A stretch of 64,000 bases of DNA from Methanomicrobia archaeon (GTDB lineage Archaea > Halobacteriota > Syntropharchaeia > Alkanophagales > Methanospirareceae), in assembly GCA_011049045.1 (NCBI GenBank), contig DSCO01000022.1:1260-65259 (forward strand), given 5' to 3'. Shown here piece after piece: positions 1 through 9,439 of this stretch. The notes below the pieces were generated by a model, which worked only from the letters and a program-made list of their open reading frames with translations, ran no database searches and was not told the DNA's origin. The translations under genes and the position numbers were made by a program. Positions within the stretch are counted from its first letter, which is position 1; each line of letters begins with the position of its first letter.

Positions 1-1018
1 GCACTCAACGCGGCTTTCGCGCCCTCGCCGGCAGCCACAATGATCTGCTTCTCGGGCGCATTGGTCACGTCGCCGGCGGCAAAGATGCCCGGGACATTCG
101 TCTTACACTCACAGTCCACTTCTATCTCCTTACGCTCGTTAAGCCGCAGGATTGGTAATAATTGAAAATGGCATAAAGGCGGTGGTGGTCCACTTCTATC
201 TCCTTACGCTCGTTAAGCCGCAGGAGCTCCCGGGCGAAATCGCTATTGGGCATAGCGCCGATCTCGACGAAGACGCCGCCCAGCGGCAGATCAACCACCT
301 TACCTTCCGCCAAATGACGAAGCACGAGACCCTCCACACGATTCGTGCCTCTGATCTCATCGACCGCGTAGCCCGAGCAGAATTCAACCTTACCCGTTTT
401 TTTCGCCCGATCCACCAGCACCGGATCCGCCTTCACCCTGCCACGAACGATACTGTAAACCGTGTGTGCGTAGCTGGAGAGTTCATTAACTGCAGTGAGC
501 GCGGGATTGCCGCTACCGATCACGGCCACATCCTTATCACGAAAGAGTGGCGCATCACAGGTTGCACAGTAGCTCACGCCCCGTCCGATCAGCGTTTTTT
601 CCCCCGGCACGTTCAACGCACGTGCTCGACGACCCGATGCAATGATCACCGCTTTACTCGTGTATCGCTTACCACCTGAGGTGCGAATGGCGAACTGCAG
701 GTCCTCAGCAACCAGGTTCGTAACTTCATCACCGAGAGCGAAGGCGATCGGGAACTGTCGTACCTGCTCCTCAAATTTCTGCATCAATTCCGCACCGGAG
801 ACGTACTGAAACCCCATGTAGGTCTCCACGCCCGCAGCGAGCAGTGTCTGCCCTCCCACGTCCCTGCTAACTACCAGTGTCTCGAGCTTCTTCCGGGCTC
901 CATAAACCGCAGCAGTCAGTCCTGCGGGACCAGCACCGATAATGAGCAGGTCGTAGCACTGTTCCTCATCCACCTTTTTCTCTGCTCGCGGCTCAGGATC
1001 AAGTTCTTCAACTACCAT
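1..1018 (-). pseudogene. trxB: thioredoxin-disulfide reductase, frame broken by a 74-nt duplication/insertion; 3' end runs off the window
   Basis: ORF 122..1018 has the FAD GxGxxG motif (LLIIGAGPAGLTAA) and the CATC redox motif. Minus-strand translation of 1..113 gives [38 protein letters not shown], the expected TrxR C-terminal FAD motif, but it is out of frame with the upstream ORF. Confidence 0.8.
114..225. repeat. perfect 38-bp direct repeat (114..151 and 188..225) flanking a 36-bp unrelated insert (152..187) inside trxB
   Basis: Both copies read gtccacttctatctccttacgctcgttaagccgcagga. The insert is ttggtaataattgaaaatggcataaaggcggtggtg. The period is 74 nt, which is not a multiple of 3. 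Confidence 0.9.
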
Positions 1019-1025
1019 TTCATCG

Positions 1026-1667
1026 CTACACTCCCGCCTTCATGACGTGCGCTAGAAATTCTGCTTCCGACACCGCGCCCACAAAGGCTTCCCGCTCATT
1101 GATGATCACCTTGGGCACCACGAAGATCCGGTATTTCAGACTCAACTGCGGGAACTCCGCCGCTTCCACCACGTCGGTCGTAACAAGCTCGCTTTCTATC
1201 GCCATCTGCTGCGCCGTCTGCACCGCCTCGACACAGTACGGACAGGGCGGGGTGACGAAGACCTGCAGGTGAACCGGTTTGGTCAACGTTTTGAGTTGTT
1301 CACACGTCGAAGTCGTCAGCATCGAATCGCCCAGGGACACCAGCCGCAGTGCTTCGAGCAGTGCCGCGAATTCATAACCGCTTGGCAGGCCGAAGAATCG
1401 GATACCGTAGTCTTTCTGCCCTTCTACTACCGTCGCTGGCACCTTATCGATCCGGTAATCGTCTCGTTTCGCTGTGTCCACGGCCACATCGTAGAACTCG
1501 ACATATACCTGGTCAGAGGTTAGGGCAAGCTCCTCCATTAACGCACGAGTCTCTTCACCGGTCGGTGAACCGGAATCGTGCGTAAATACGACCAGATTCA
1601 CGGGCGCGGTCAGCCCCTGTAACTTCTCACGCACCCGCTGCGTGACCTCTCCGGATAATACTGGCAT
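1026..1667 (-). CDS. protein disulfide oxidoreductase / glutaredoxin-like protein (thioredoxin fold, CPYC site)
   Basis: 213-aa ORF with a CPYC active site (FVTPPCPYCVEAVQ) and a two-domain thioredoxin-like layout. It lies 7 nt downstream of the trxB start region on the same strand. Confidence 0.7.
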   Translation of the reverse strand: MPVLSGEVTQRVREKLQGLTAPVNLVVFTHDSGSPTGEETRALMEELALTSDQVYVEFYDVAVDTAKRDDYRIDKVPATVVEGQKDYGIRFFGLPSGYEFAALLEALRLVSLGDSMLTTSTCEQLKTLTKPVHLQVFVTPPCPYCVEAVQTAQQMAIESELVTTDVVEAAEFPQLSLKYRIFVVPKVIINEREAFVGAVSEAEFLAHVMKAGV

Positions 1668-1818
1668 CGTGCTATATACACCTCAGTGATTTCACGTGTC
1701 TTCGCCATAAAGGGGGCGTTTTATACTATAATCCGGTCAACCGTAAACCAGTTTTTTTCCTCGCTCCCTGCTCAATACGGTGGGCTGTCTTACCATTTTA
1801 GCGTCCTGAACGGTTTAT

Positions 1819-2925
1819 TCAGGCAGAAGGATCTCTAGTGCCACCTACCAGCGGACAGAGGGGATCCTCGCCCAGCACGTCACCGGTGAGCGCGTATGCA
1901 CGTGACCGACACCCGCCGCAGATGGTCTTATACCTGCAGCTCGCACACGCACCCTTCAAAGCGCGTGCCCGCATCGCCTTGAACATCTCGGCATGCTCGA
2001 TGATCTCCAAAAAGCTCCGCTCCTTTACGTTGCCCGCGGCGACGGGAAGATACGCACAGGGCGTAACATCACCATTGGGGAAGATATGGAACCGCGTGAT
2101 ACCCGCGGTGCAGCCGGTGAAGTGCAGACCGTCTCCACGCTCCATCAGCCCACGGTCCGTCAGGTACGCCCAGTATTGCGGGTTACAGATCGGTTTCAGC
2201 CAGGTCTTTGCATCCTTCTGGAGTGTGATCATGTCCTCGAAGAGCTGCCCGTTCTCCGCCGTGGTGAGGCACACGTCGGCAATCTGCTTGCCGCGGCCGA
2301 CGGCGACCAGATAAATGAGATAGACGCGCCACTGCTCCAACTCATCGGCGAGCTTGATGATCTTCGGGAGCTCGTGGTAATTCGTCCGTGAAACGGTGGT
2401 GAAGAACTGCGTGGCCACGCCTTCTGCTTCACAGGCCTTCATGCCCCGCATCGTCGCTTTGAACGCGCCTTCCACGCCCCGGAAATCATCATGCGTGCTC
2501 CCGATCGCATCGACGCTCATCGCTGCACGCTCCAGTCCCGCCTTACGCAACTTCCGGGCCACCGCCCTCGTGATCAGCGTCCCGTTCGTCGCCATCACGA
2601 TCTGCATATCGAATGATGATGCGTATTCGATGAGCTCGAAGATATCCTCGCGCAGCAGTGGCTCGCCACCGGTGAACCCGAACTTGACCGGCCCGAGCCT
2701 CGCAGCGTCCTCGATGAGCGCGAACCCCTGCTCGGTACTCAGCTCTTCAGGATCCTCCTCACTGATCGAGCAATGCTTGCACTTGAGATTGCACCGCTTC
2801 GTCACGGCCCAGATGATCTCGCCGGGTAAATAACTGAAACAGCCCGTGCCAACCGCGTCATTCGCGAAGATCTCGTTCTTATGGGCTTGTAGCCACGACT
2901 TCAGCTCCTCGTCTGACATGTACAT
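1819..2925 (-). CDS. radical SAM protein with C-terminal SPASM-type Cys cluster
   Basis: CxxxCxxC motif (CNLKCKHC) near the N-terminus and a C-terminal cluster CASCRYKTICGGCRSRAY. Confidence 0.7.
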   Translation of the reverse strand: MYMSDEELKSWLQAHKNEIFANDAVGTGCFSYLPGEIIWAVTKRCNLKCKHCSISEEDPEELSTEQGFALIEDAARLGPVKFGFTGGEPLLREDIFELIEYASSFDMQIVMATNGTLITRAVARKLRKAGLERAAMSVDAIGSTHDDFRGVEGAFKATMRGMKACEAEGVATQFFTTVSRTNYHELPKIIKLADELEQWRVYLIYLVAVGRGKQIADVCLTTAENGQLFEDMITLQKDAKTWLKPICNPQYWAYLTDRGLMERGDGLHFTGCTAGITRFHIFPNGDVTPCAYLPVAAGNVKERSFLEIIEHAEMFKAMRARALKGACASCRYKTICGGCRSRAYALTGDVLGEDPLCPLVGGTRDPSA

Positions 2926-3037
2926 CCATCCATTCCTTTCCGCTCAGGCAATAAAAAACCTGTTCGTATCTGTTCATATCAGCCCCTGTCTATGCATGCG
3001 CTCGTGCCGCTGAAGGTAGCTAGCCCGTCAAGCACCG

Positions 3038-3847
3038 TCACGGAAAAAGGATGTCCAGGGGCGGTGGCGTGAAAAAGCCGCGCAGCTCCGCCAGCCGGTA
3101 GAGTTCCGCGTGCGCCCGCACGACGGTTTCGGGCATGTCATAGGTGTATTCATTGACATACATCAAGGCGAACTGCTTCACGAGCGCCGCGTCCGCACCC
3201 CGTGCATACGTCATCGCGTGCTGCATCGCCTCCTCGACATGTTCCAGCGCGTATCGCACACTCGCACGCATGGCGGCCAGAAACGCCTGCTGGGTCTCTT
3301 CGGGGAGCTCCCGCTTGATGACGTTGATCCCGAGCGGCAGCGGCAGCCCTGTTCGCCCGTACCACCACGCCCACAGGTCAAGAACCTTCGCCAGCCCGTG
3401 CTGCGCATAGGTGATCTGCCCCTCATGGATCAGGAGGCCGGCATCGACCTCGCCCCGCGTTACTGCCGGTATGATCTGGTCAAATCGCATCTCCACTGGC
3501 TGGAACTCCGCGAGCGCTAACTTCAGTAACAGGTTCGCGGTGGTATACCGTCCGGGCACGGCTATACGCTTCCCCGCAAGAGCTTGCTCCGATCGTGCGA
3601 CCACTACCGGGCCGTAGCCATCACCCACGCTCGCGCCCGTTGCTAAGATCCGGTACTTCTTGTGCAGAAAGGCGTAGGCGTGCGATGAGAGCGCGGTGAC
3701 GTCCAGTTCACCCGCAAAAGCGCGCTTGTTCAGCGTTTCTATGTCCTCGACCAGCTGCTCTATCTCCAGTCTCGTCTGGATTCTCCCCTGGAAGAGTCCG
3801 TAAAACATGAATGCATCGTCTGCATCGGGCGTATGTGCAACGATCAT
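3038..3847 (-). CDS. mqnD: MqnD-like 1,4-dihydroxy-6-naphthoate synthase (MqnA/MqnD family)
   Basis: N-terminus MIVAHTPDADDAFMFYGL resembles the SPCPND..F.FY.L signature of MqnD. It is the last gene of the mqn operon. An alternative TTG start at 3922 overlaps the upstream stop. Confidence 0.6.
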   Translation of the reverse strand: MIVAHTPDADDAFMFYGLFQGRIQTRLEIEQLVEDIETLNKRAFAGELDVTALSSHAYAFLHKKYRILATGASVGDGYGPVVVARSEQALAGKRIAVPGRYTTANLLLKLALAEFQPVEMRFDQIIPAVTRGEVDAGLLIHEGQITYAQHGLAKVLDLWAWWYGRTGLPLPLGINVIKRELPEETQQAFLAAMRASVRYALEHVEEAMQHAMTYARGADAALVKQFALMYVNEYTYDMPETVVRAHAELYRLAELRGFFTPPPLDILFP

Positions 3848-3918
3848 GAATGAGAAATGAGGGAGCGAGCTAAAGAACGTTCTGAATACCGACGAAGCAC
3901 GCTGAGCTTGCTCAGCAG

Positions 3919-4998
3919 TCAAGCAACCAGCTCGTACAGCGTATTCCGCTGCGCTACGGGTCTGCCCACCGACGTCACCGCCCTCCGGATGGCCGCTACG
4001 GTCGCCGGTGTGTGTTCCTTTCCCGCTGCCGTGACCACGTTCTCCTCAAGGATCGTGCCCCCAAAGTCGTTCGCACCGAAGAAGAGCGCGAGCTTGTCGA
4101 CCTCAAAGTCCTGCGTGAGCCACGAAGCCTGGATATTTCGAATGGGATGGAGCACAATGCGCGAGATCGCCAGGACCTGCAAATAGCGCGTTACTGAAAC
4201 CGGCTGCTTCACCCGCTCGTAAAGGGCCGTGTGCTGTGGCTGGAAGGTCCAGGGAATGAATGCCGTGAAGCCGCCCGTTCTCGTCTGCAGATCCCGTATC
4301 GTGAAGAGGTGCTCAATGATCTCAGGGTCACGCTCTATGTGACCGAACATCATAGTTGCAGTTGTGCGCATGCCGATGCTATGCGCGCTCTCCATCACCG
4401 TGAGCCAGTCGTGCGCGCTGAGCTTACCCGGACTGAGTTCGTTACGTACACGGTCACAGAGGATCTCCGCGCCACCGCCCGGGAGCGAATCGAGTCCCGC
4501 AGCTCTGAGCCGTGCGAGCGTCTCCGTTATGCTCAATCCTTCATGCCGCGCGATGAAGGCGATCTCAGGCGGGGAAAGGCTGTGAAGTTGAACGCTCGGG
4601 AAATGCCGTTTTATTTCAGTGAACAACTCTTCGAACCATGCCATGCCGAGTTCCGGGTTGAGGCCGCCTTGCATCAGGATTTGTGTTCCGCCAGCGCGGA
4701 CGGTCTCGGCGACCTTCCGCAGTATTTCAGCGGTGCTCAAGACGTAGCTCTCTTCGTCATGTTTGGCGTAAAAGGCGCAGAATTTACACCGCGCCACGCA
4801 GCGATTGGTATAACTGATGTTCCGGTCAACCACGAACGTTACGAGCTCGCCGCAGCGCTCGTGCCTGATCCGGTCTGCTATGCCGCCCAGAACCGGCAAG
4901 GGCAGCTCAAAGAGCAGCTCCGCGTCCTCAAAGCTCAAATCCTCGCCTGCCAGGTTCCGTGCACCATAGCGCTCCCAGTCAGAGTATCCCGTATTCAT
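3919..4998 (-). CDS. radical SAM enzyme of the MqnC/MqnE (CofH-like) family
   Basis: YTNRCVARCKFCAFY radical SAM motif with a CofH/MqnC/MqnE-like C-terminal region. ATG at 4998 (MNTGYSDWER...); overlaps the mqnA stop. Confidence 0.7.
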   Translation of the reverse strand: MNTGYSDWERYGARNLAGEDLSFEDAELLFELPLPVLGGIADRIRHERCGELVTFVVDRNISYTNRCVARCKFCAFYAKHDEESYVLSTAEILRKVAETVRAGGTQILMQGGLNPELGMAWFEELFTEIKRHFPSVQLHSLSPPEIAFIARHEGLSITETLARLRAAGLDSLPGGGAEILCDRVRNELSPGKLSAHDWLTVMESAHSIGMRTTATMMFGHIERDPEIIEHLFTIRDLQTRTGGFTAFIPWTFQPQHTALYERVKQPVSVTRYLQVLAISRIVLHPIRNIQASWLTQDFEVDKLALFFGANDFGGTILEENVVTAAGKEHTPATVAAIRRAVTSVGRPVAQRNTLYELVA

Positions 4999-5740
4999 GG
5001 CACTTCTCCTCGAAGCGAGCAAGCCCCCGGCGCTCTCGCTCGCCCATCTGGTAGGTGAGCGCGTTAAAATAGCACTCGAGGAACTCTTCGGGCAACCCGA
5101 ACTGCTCATGCGCCGCTCCAATAATCACGTCCACGTGTTCCTTCCCCCACACGACGGATTCCTGAAGGGCTGCGCTCACCCCGGCCATATCACGCCCTTT
5201 CCGCGCTACCGCTATACCGAAGACCATGGGCAAGCCGGTTACATCCAGCCATGCCTCTCCCAGATCCATGACCACCCGGTATCGCTGCCGCGCCCTGATC
5301 GCAGCGTCACCAATGACGAGCGCGTACGGACAGTGCTCCAGTAATGCCGTGGCGGTACTTTCGTTCACGGGCACAATCTGGTGTCTGAGCCCGCGTTCTT
5401 GAAGAATGATCTCCAGCAGCTTGGCTGAGGTGGTGGTCTGGTTCGTCACCGCGATAGAGCCGCCATTCTCTCCTAATGGCGCGCCTTTCGAGACCAGAAT
5501 GACGCTCCAAACACTTCGCGCAGCCGCGATACAGAACTCATAGCGCTGCAGGGTCGCCTTGTTCTTGAGGTAGTAGACCGAAGGGACCGGGCTGAAATCA
5601 ATCTCCCCGCGTTCGAGCATACCAGCGAGCGTCTTCGGCATCGCTCGAATGACGCGGAACCCGTCCTGTTCAAGCCGGTAATAGGGTAAATAGCTGTTCA
5701 GAAGGCTAAACTTGCCGATTCGCTCGCTATCGCTCGTCAT
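4979..5740 (-). CDS. mqnA: MqnA-like chorismate dehydratase
   Basis: IGKFSLLNSYLPYY...LERGEIDFSPVPSVYY matches the MqnA pattern (IG.I.YLN..P...L..G.LD....SS..Y). ATG at 5740 overlaps the upstream gene end. Confidence 0.7.
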   Translation of the reverse strand: MTSDSERIGKFSLLNSYLPYYRLEQDGFRVIRAMPKTLAGMLERGEIDFSPVPSVYYLKNKATLQRYEFCIAAARSVWSVILVSKGAPLGENGGSIAVTNQTTTSAKLLEIILQERGLRHQIVPVNESTATALLEHCPYALVIGDAAIRARQRYRVVMDLGEAWLDVTGLPMVFGIAVARKGRDMAGVSAALQESVVWGKEHVDVIIGAAHEQFGLPEEFLECYFNALTYQMGERERRGLARFEEKCHEYGIL

Positions 5741-6797
5741 CTGAATGCACCTGTAGTATGTGATAATAAGTATCCCGTTCAGCGGGTATTTTATGTGCAC
5801 CGCGCACAAGGGCCAGAATGGTCTCCTTCGGAAGCCTGAGTGGCGTATGAGCGCCAGCTGCATGCGTAACCCGCTCCTCCATTATCGTGCCGTCCAGATC
5901 GTTCGCTCCATACTGCAATGCAACCTGGGCAAGCTTCTCGCCGAGCGCAACCCAGTACGCTCTGATACTCTTGAAATTCCGCAGCACGATACGGGCAATC
6001 GCAATGGTTCTCAGCACATCGATTGGATCCGTGCGGTCTTCGACGAGCCCCCGTGCCCTGAGTTCCGTGTTCTCCGGATGGAAGAGGAGCGGAACAAAGG
6101 AGATAAAACCGCCGGTCTTTTGTTGCAACGCCCAGAGTTTATAAAGATGAACTGCACGGTCTTTTGGCGTTTCCAGATGTCCAAAGAGCATGGTGGCATT
6201 ACTCCTGAGTCCGATGCGGTGCGCGCGCTCCATAATGCGGAGCCATTCGCCGGCCGCCACCTTCTCAGGGCAGATTGCTGCTCGCAGGGTGTCGTCAAGG
6301 ATCTCCGCGCCACCGCCGGGCAATGCGTCTAGGCCCGCGTCCCTGAGCCGATGGAGCACCTCGTCCACACTCATTCGCTCAAGCTGCGCCAGGTAGTAAA
6401 TCTCCGTCGCCGTCAGCGCCTTGATGACGACGCGGGGAAATCGCCTCTTTATGCGCGTGAACAGTTCCTCAAAGTACGCCACGTTCAGTTCCGGATTGAG
6501 CCCGCCCACGATATGAAGCTCCGTAGCGCCCAGTGTAACGGCTTCTGCTGCTTTCGCCAGTACCTCATCACCACTCATCTGATACGCGTCTGCATCACCT
6601 GCAGCGCGATAAAAGGCACAGAGCGGGCAGCGTGCTGTGCAGATATTCGTGTAGTTGATATGACGATTCACCACGTAGGTAACGAGGTTTCCGTTTCCGC
6701 GATTGATCGCATCAGCACGCGCTCCGAGCTCATGGAGATCACGGTCGAAGAGCGCCGCAATTGCAGCCGGGTTCCAGTCTTCGCTCGGAGCTATCAT
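5727..6797 (-). CDS. radical SAM enzyme of the MqnC/MqnE (CofH-like) family
   Basis: INYTNICTARCPLCAFYR motif. Paralogous to 3919..4998. First gene of the operon. Confidence 0.7.
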   Translation of the reverse strand: MIAPSEDWNPAAIAALFDRDLHELGARADAINRGNGNLVTYVVNRHINYTNICTARCPLCAFYRAAGDADAYQMSGDEVLAKAAEAVTLGATELHIVGGLNPELNVAYFEELFTRIKRRFPRVVIKALTATEIYYLAQLERMSVDEVLHRLRDAGLDALPGGGAEILDDTLRAAICPEKVAAGEWLRIMERAHRIGLRSNATMLFGHLETPKDRAVHLYKLWALQQKTGGFISFVPLLFHPENTELRARGLVEDRTDPIDVLRTIAIARIVLRNFKSIRAYWVALGEKLAQVALQYGANDLDGTIMEERVTHAAGAHTPLRLPKETILALVRGAHKIPAERDTYYHILQVHSDDER

Positions 6798-6842
6798 TTA
6801 ACCTCACTTTTGTTTGGATTACGCAGGTGGACTTTACTTTTC

Positions 6843-6856
6843 ACGTTTATAAACGT
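6843..6856 (-). promoter_or_regulatory. candidate TATA box within a perfect 14-bp palindrome upstream of the mqn operon
   Basis: acgtttataaacgt lies about 46-59 nt upstream of the 6797 start codon. Confidence 0.3.
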
Positions 6857-6957
6857 ATCCTTTTATGGTCCTATCCGGTTACGAATATGACCTGTCGTTC
6901 TGCAGGATCGCTCTGAATAGGTGGGTGATGACGGTCCACGGCCCGTTGAGGCGCTCA

Positions 6958-7710
6958 TTATACGTAGACCCACCGGCAGACCTTCTTCTCCACGCGGTCT
7001 ATCACCAGGTAAATACCAAATCCGAGCAGCGCCATGCTGACGATCGCCGCGTACAGGTCCGGGTAATTTGCACGACCCCACGCGTCCATAATCAGGTATC
7101 CCAGCCCCCTGGTCGTGGCAAACGATTCCACGAAGAAGAGCACGGCGATCGCCGTGCCCACACTGATCCGCGTGGCGGTAAGGATCTTGGGGATGCAGAT
7201 CGGGACGATGACGTGTCGATAAATCTCCTTCTTGCTCGCGCCTAGACTGAGCATGGGATAGATATAATTCCTGCTGATACTTCGGGATGCGTCCCGTGTG
7301 GTCACCAGGATCTGGAAGAAGACGATGATCTCGATCATGATGATCTTCGATAGATCGCCGATACCGAAGAAGAGGATGACCACTGGAAGCAGGACGATAT
7401 GCGGAATGGGATAGAGCATATAGATAAGAGGCGTGACGAGTGAATCCACCTGCTTCTCGTAGCTGAGGAGCCCGATCGGCACGGCAAGCGAGAACGCCAG
7501 AGCGATCCCGCAGGCAATCCTGTAGGTGCTGATGAGCAGATTCGAGAGCAAATCGGTTCTGAGGATCTTGAGGAAGGCGAAGAAGACCGTCAGCGGTGTT
7601 GGTAACGCGATCGAGTCCAGCATAACCGAGAGTAAATGCCAGATCCCGTAGATCACGGCCGCGATGACTAGATAGCTCCACCATCGAGGCTCTGCCGTAC
7701 TTCCTTGCAT
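6958..7710 (-). CDS. ABC transporter permease (NitT/TauT nitrate/sulfonate/bicarbonate type)
   Basis: 250-aa multi-TM ORF in an operon with the ATPase and binding protein. Confidence 0.75.
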   Translation of the reverse strand: MQGSTAEPRWWSYLVIAAVIYGIWHLLSVMLDSIALPTPLTVFFAFLKILRTDLLSNLLISTYRIACGIALAFSLAVPIGLLSYEKQVDSLVTPLIYMLYPIPHIVLLPVVILFFGIGDLSKIIMIEIIVFFQILVTTRDASRSISRNYIYPMLSLGASKKEIYRHVIVPICIPKILTATRISVGTAIAVLFFVESFATTRGLGYLIMDAWGRANYPDLYAAIVSMALLGFGIYLVIDRVEKKVCRWVYV

Positions 7711-8408
7711 TTCGCGAAGAATACCTCTTGTGTTCTGTACTCGATGCTTCCCTTCTGGGGATTCTCGATCGTTTTAACGATGGTGCCCGGTCGCGGGGAG
7801 AGTACGACGATCTTTTGCCCGAAAAACACCGCCTCCTCTATACTGTGGGTGACGAGCAGCATGGTCATTCGCTTCTGCTGCCAGAGCTGCAGGAGCACAT
7901 TCTGCATATTCTCACGCGTCAATGCGTCCAGCGAGGACAACGGCTCATCCATGAGCAGGATCTTCGGCTTCAAGGCCAGCATGCGCGCGAAGGCGACGCG
8001 TTGCTGCATCCCGCCCGACAATTGTTTGGGATAGTTCTTCTCGAACCCGTGCAATCCGAGGTCCTTGAGGAGCGATGAGACGATCTCCTGCTGCTCCTTC
8101 TTCTGCACACCACGGAGCTCCAGGCCCAGCGAAACGTTCTCGTGCACCGTCTTCCAGGGGAAGAGCCCGTAGTCCTGGAAGATAAGCGCCAGCTCCTTCG
8201 ATGGGCCGGTGACCTCATGGCTGTTTATCAGCGCCTTACCCGCACTTGGCCGCAGGATACCGGCGAAGATCAGCAGGAGCGTCGTTTTACCGCAGCCCGA
8301 GGGTCCAATGACCGAGCAGCACTCGCCGCAGGGTATATCGAAGGTGATCCTGTGCACCGCTTCCGTTCCGTCCGGGTAGATCTTGGTAAGTTCCTTCGCT
8401 GCAATCAT
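7668..8408 (-). CDS. ABC transporter ATP-binding protein (NitT/TauT type)
   Basis: Walker [10 protein letters not shown], signature LSGGMQQR, Walker B ILLMDEP. Confidence 0.85.
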   Translation of the reverse strand: MIAAKELTKIYPDGTEAVHRITFDIPCGECCSVIGPSGCGKTTLLLIFAGILRPSAGKALINSHEVTGPSKELALIFQDYGLFPWKTVHENVSLGLELRGVQKKEQQEIVSSLLKDLGLHGFEKNYPKQLSGGMQQRVAFARMLALKPKILLMDEPLSSLDALTRENMQNVLLQLWQQKRMTMLLVTHSIEEAVFFGQKIVVLSPRPGTIVKTIENPQKGSIEYRTQEVFFAKCKEVRQSLDGGAI

Positions 8409-8418
8409 CCACCGGTAG

Positions 8419-9366
8419 TTAATAAATTACCTCGTCGTAAGAAATAGCTTCAGTCACCAGGCCTTTGCTCCGCATCCAGCTCAGCACGTCCTCGAAATTA
8501 TCGCGTGGATAGGGTGCCGCCTGCATATAGGTGGCCATCTGGTAAGTCTCAGCAATCTCCTTGGGCACCTGAGCCGTTTTTACGAGCAGCTCACGGTAGT
8601 TCTCCGGATTTGCATTGATCCGGTCCACCGCTTCATCGAACGCAGCGAGGAATTGCACGACGCTCTCCGGGTGCTCGTCGATGAATGCGCCCCTGAACAC
8701 GATCACCGTGTAGCCGATCGTCTGGTCGTGCATCGCGTCCGAGATGACCAGGTGCGCACCCCGGTACAGGGCATAGCTCGCCAGCGGTTCTGCCAGGGTC
8801 GCCGCTTCATACTTGTTATCGAGCAGCAGCTGCATTCTGATCGGCACTTTCTTCTCCTCGATCTTGAGTGTCTGAACATCACCAAGCAAATTATCAGTTA
8901 TCCAATCAATAACGGTGTTGCTGGAAATGGCAACCTGCTTCCCGGCTAAATCTTCTACCGCGCGTATCTCCGAGTTAGGGCTGGCGAGGATAGCGAACCG
9001 CATCTTCCCGGGTGTCTCATGGAGCTCGCGACTGACGATCCGGGCGTCATAACCGGCGTTCCGCAGCACGAGCACACCCACCGGATCGTTCTGTCCCGCG
9101 TCGATTCTTCCGGCGATGAGTGCACTGTCACGCTCCAGTGCGCTCTGGAACGGCACAACTTCGACATCCAGGCCGTGCTCGCGAAAGATCCCTTCCTGCG
9201 CCGCGACGTAATAGGGCAGCGTTGCTTCGTCCGGCATGGCGCCCACTTTCAGGGCGAGCAGTGCATCACCCGCGCCCTCTTTCGGTTGCTCGAGGCAGCC
9301 AAGCGATCCAGCACCAGCGAGGAGCACAACAGCGATCAGTATCACGGTCCCTCTCTTTACTGGCAT
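8419..9366 (-). CDS. ABC transporter substrate-binding protein (NMT1/SsuA-like) with N-terminal signal/anchor
   Basis: N-terminal hydrophobic segment ending GSLGC. Size and operon position fit a binding protein. Confidence 0.65.
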   Translation of the reverse strand: MPVKRGTVILIAVVLLAGAGSLGCLEQPKEGAGDALLALKVGAMPDEATLPYYVAAQEGIFREHGLDVEVVPFQSALERDSALIAGRIDAGQNDPVGVLVLRNAGYDARIVSRELHETPGKMRFAILASPNSEIRAVEDLAGKQVAISSNTVIDWITDNLLGDVQTLKIEEKKVPIRMQLLLDNKYEAATLAEPLASYALYRGAHLVISDAMHDQTIGYTVIVFRGAFIDEHPESVVQFLAAFDEAVDRINANPENYRELLVKTAQVPKEIAETYQMATYMQAAPYPRDNFEDVLSWMRSKGLVTEAISYDEVIY

Positions 9367-9439
9367 GTTTCGGCCTTTCTTCTGGGGCTATATAAACATA
9401 TCCTTTTTTATTCATATCCATCCCTGACTATAACAGGTC

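Noticed and set aside
114-225. Two 38-bp repeats with a 36-bp spacer as a genuine mini-CRISPR array
   Set aside because: The repeat is simply trxB coding sequence, there are only two copies, and there is no leader and no nearby cas gene. It is treated as an insertion scar instead; see findings.
6863-7684. 273-aa ORF overlapping the ABC permease on the same strand in another frame
   Set aside because: It is Arg/Gly/Pro-rich and non-protein-like. The alternative frame (6958..7710) encodes a convincing multi-TM permease.
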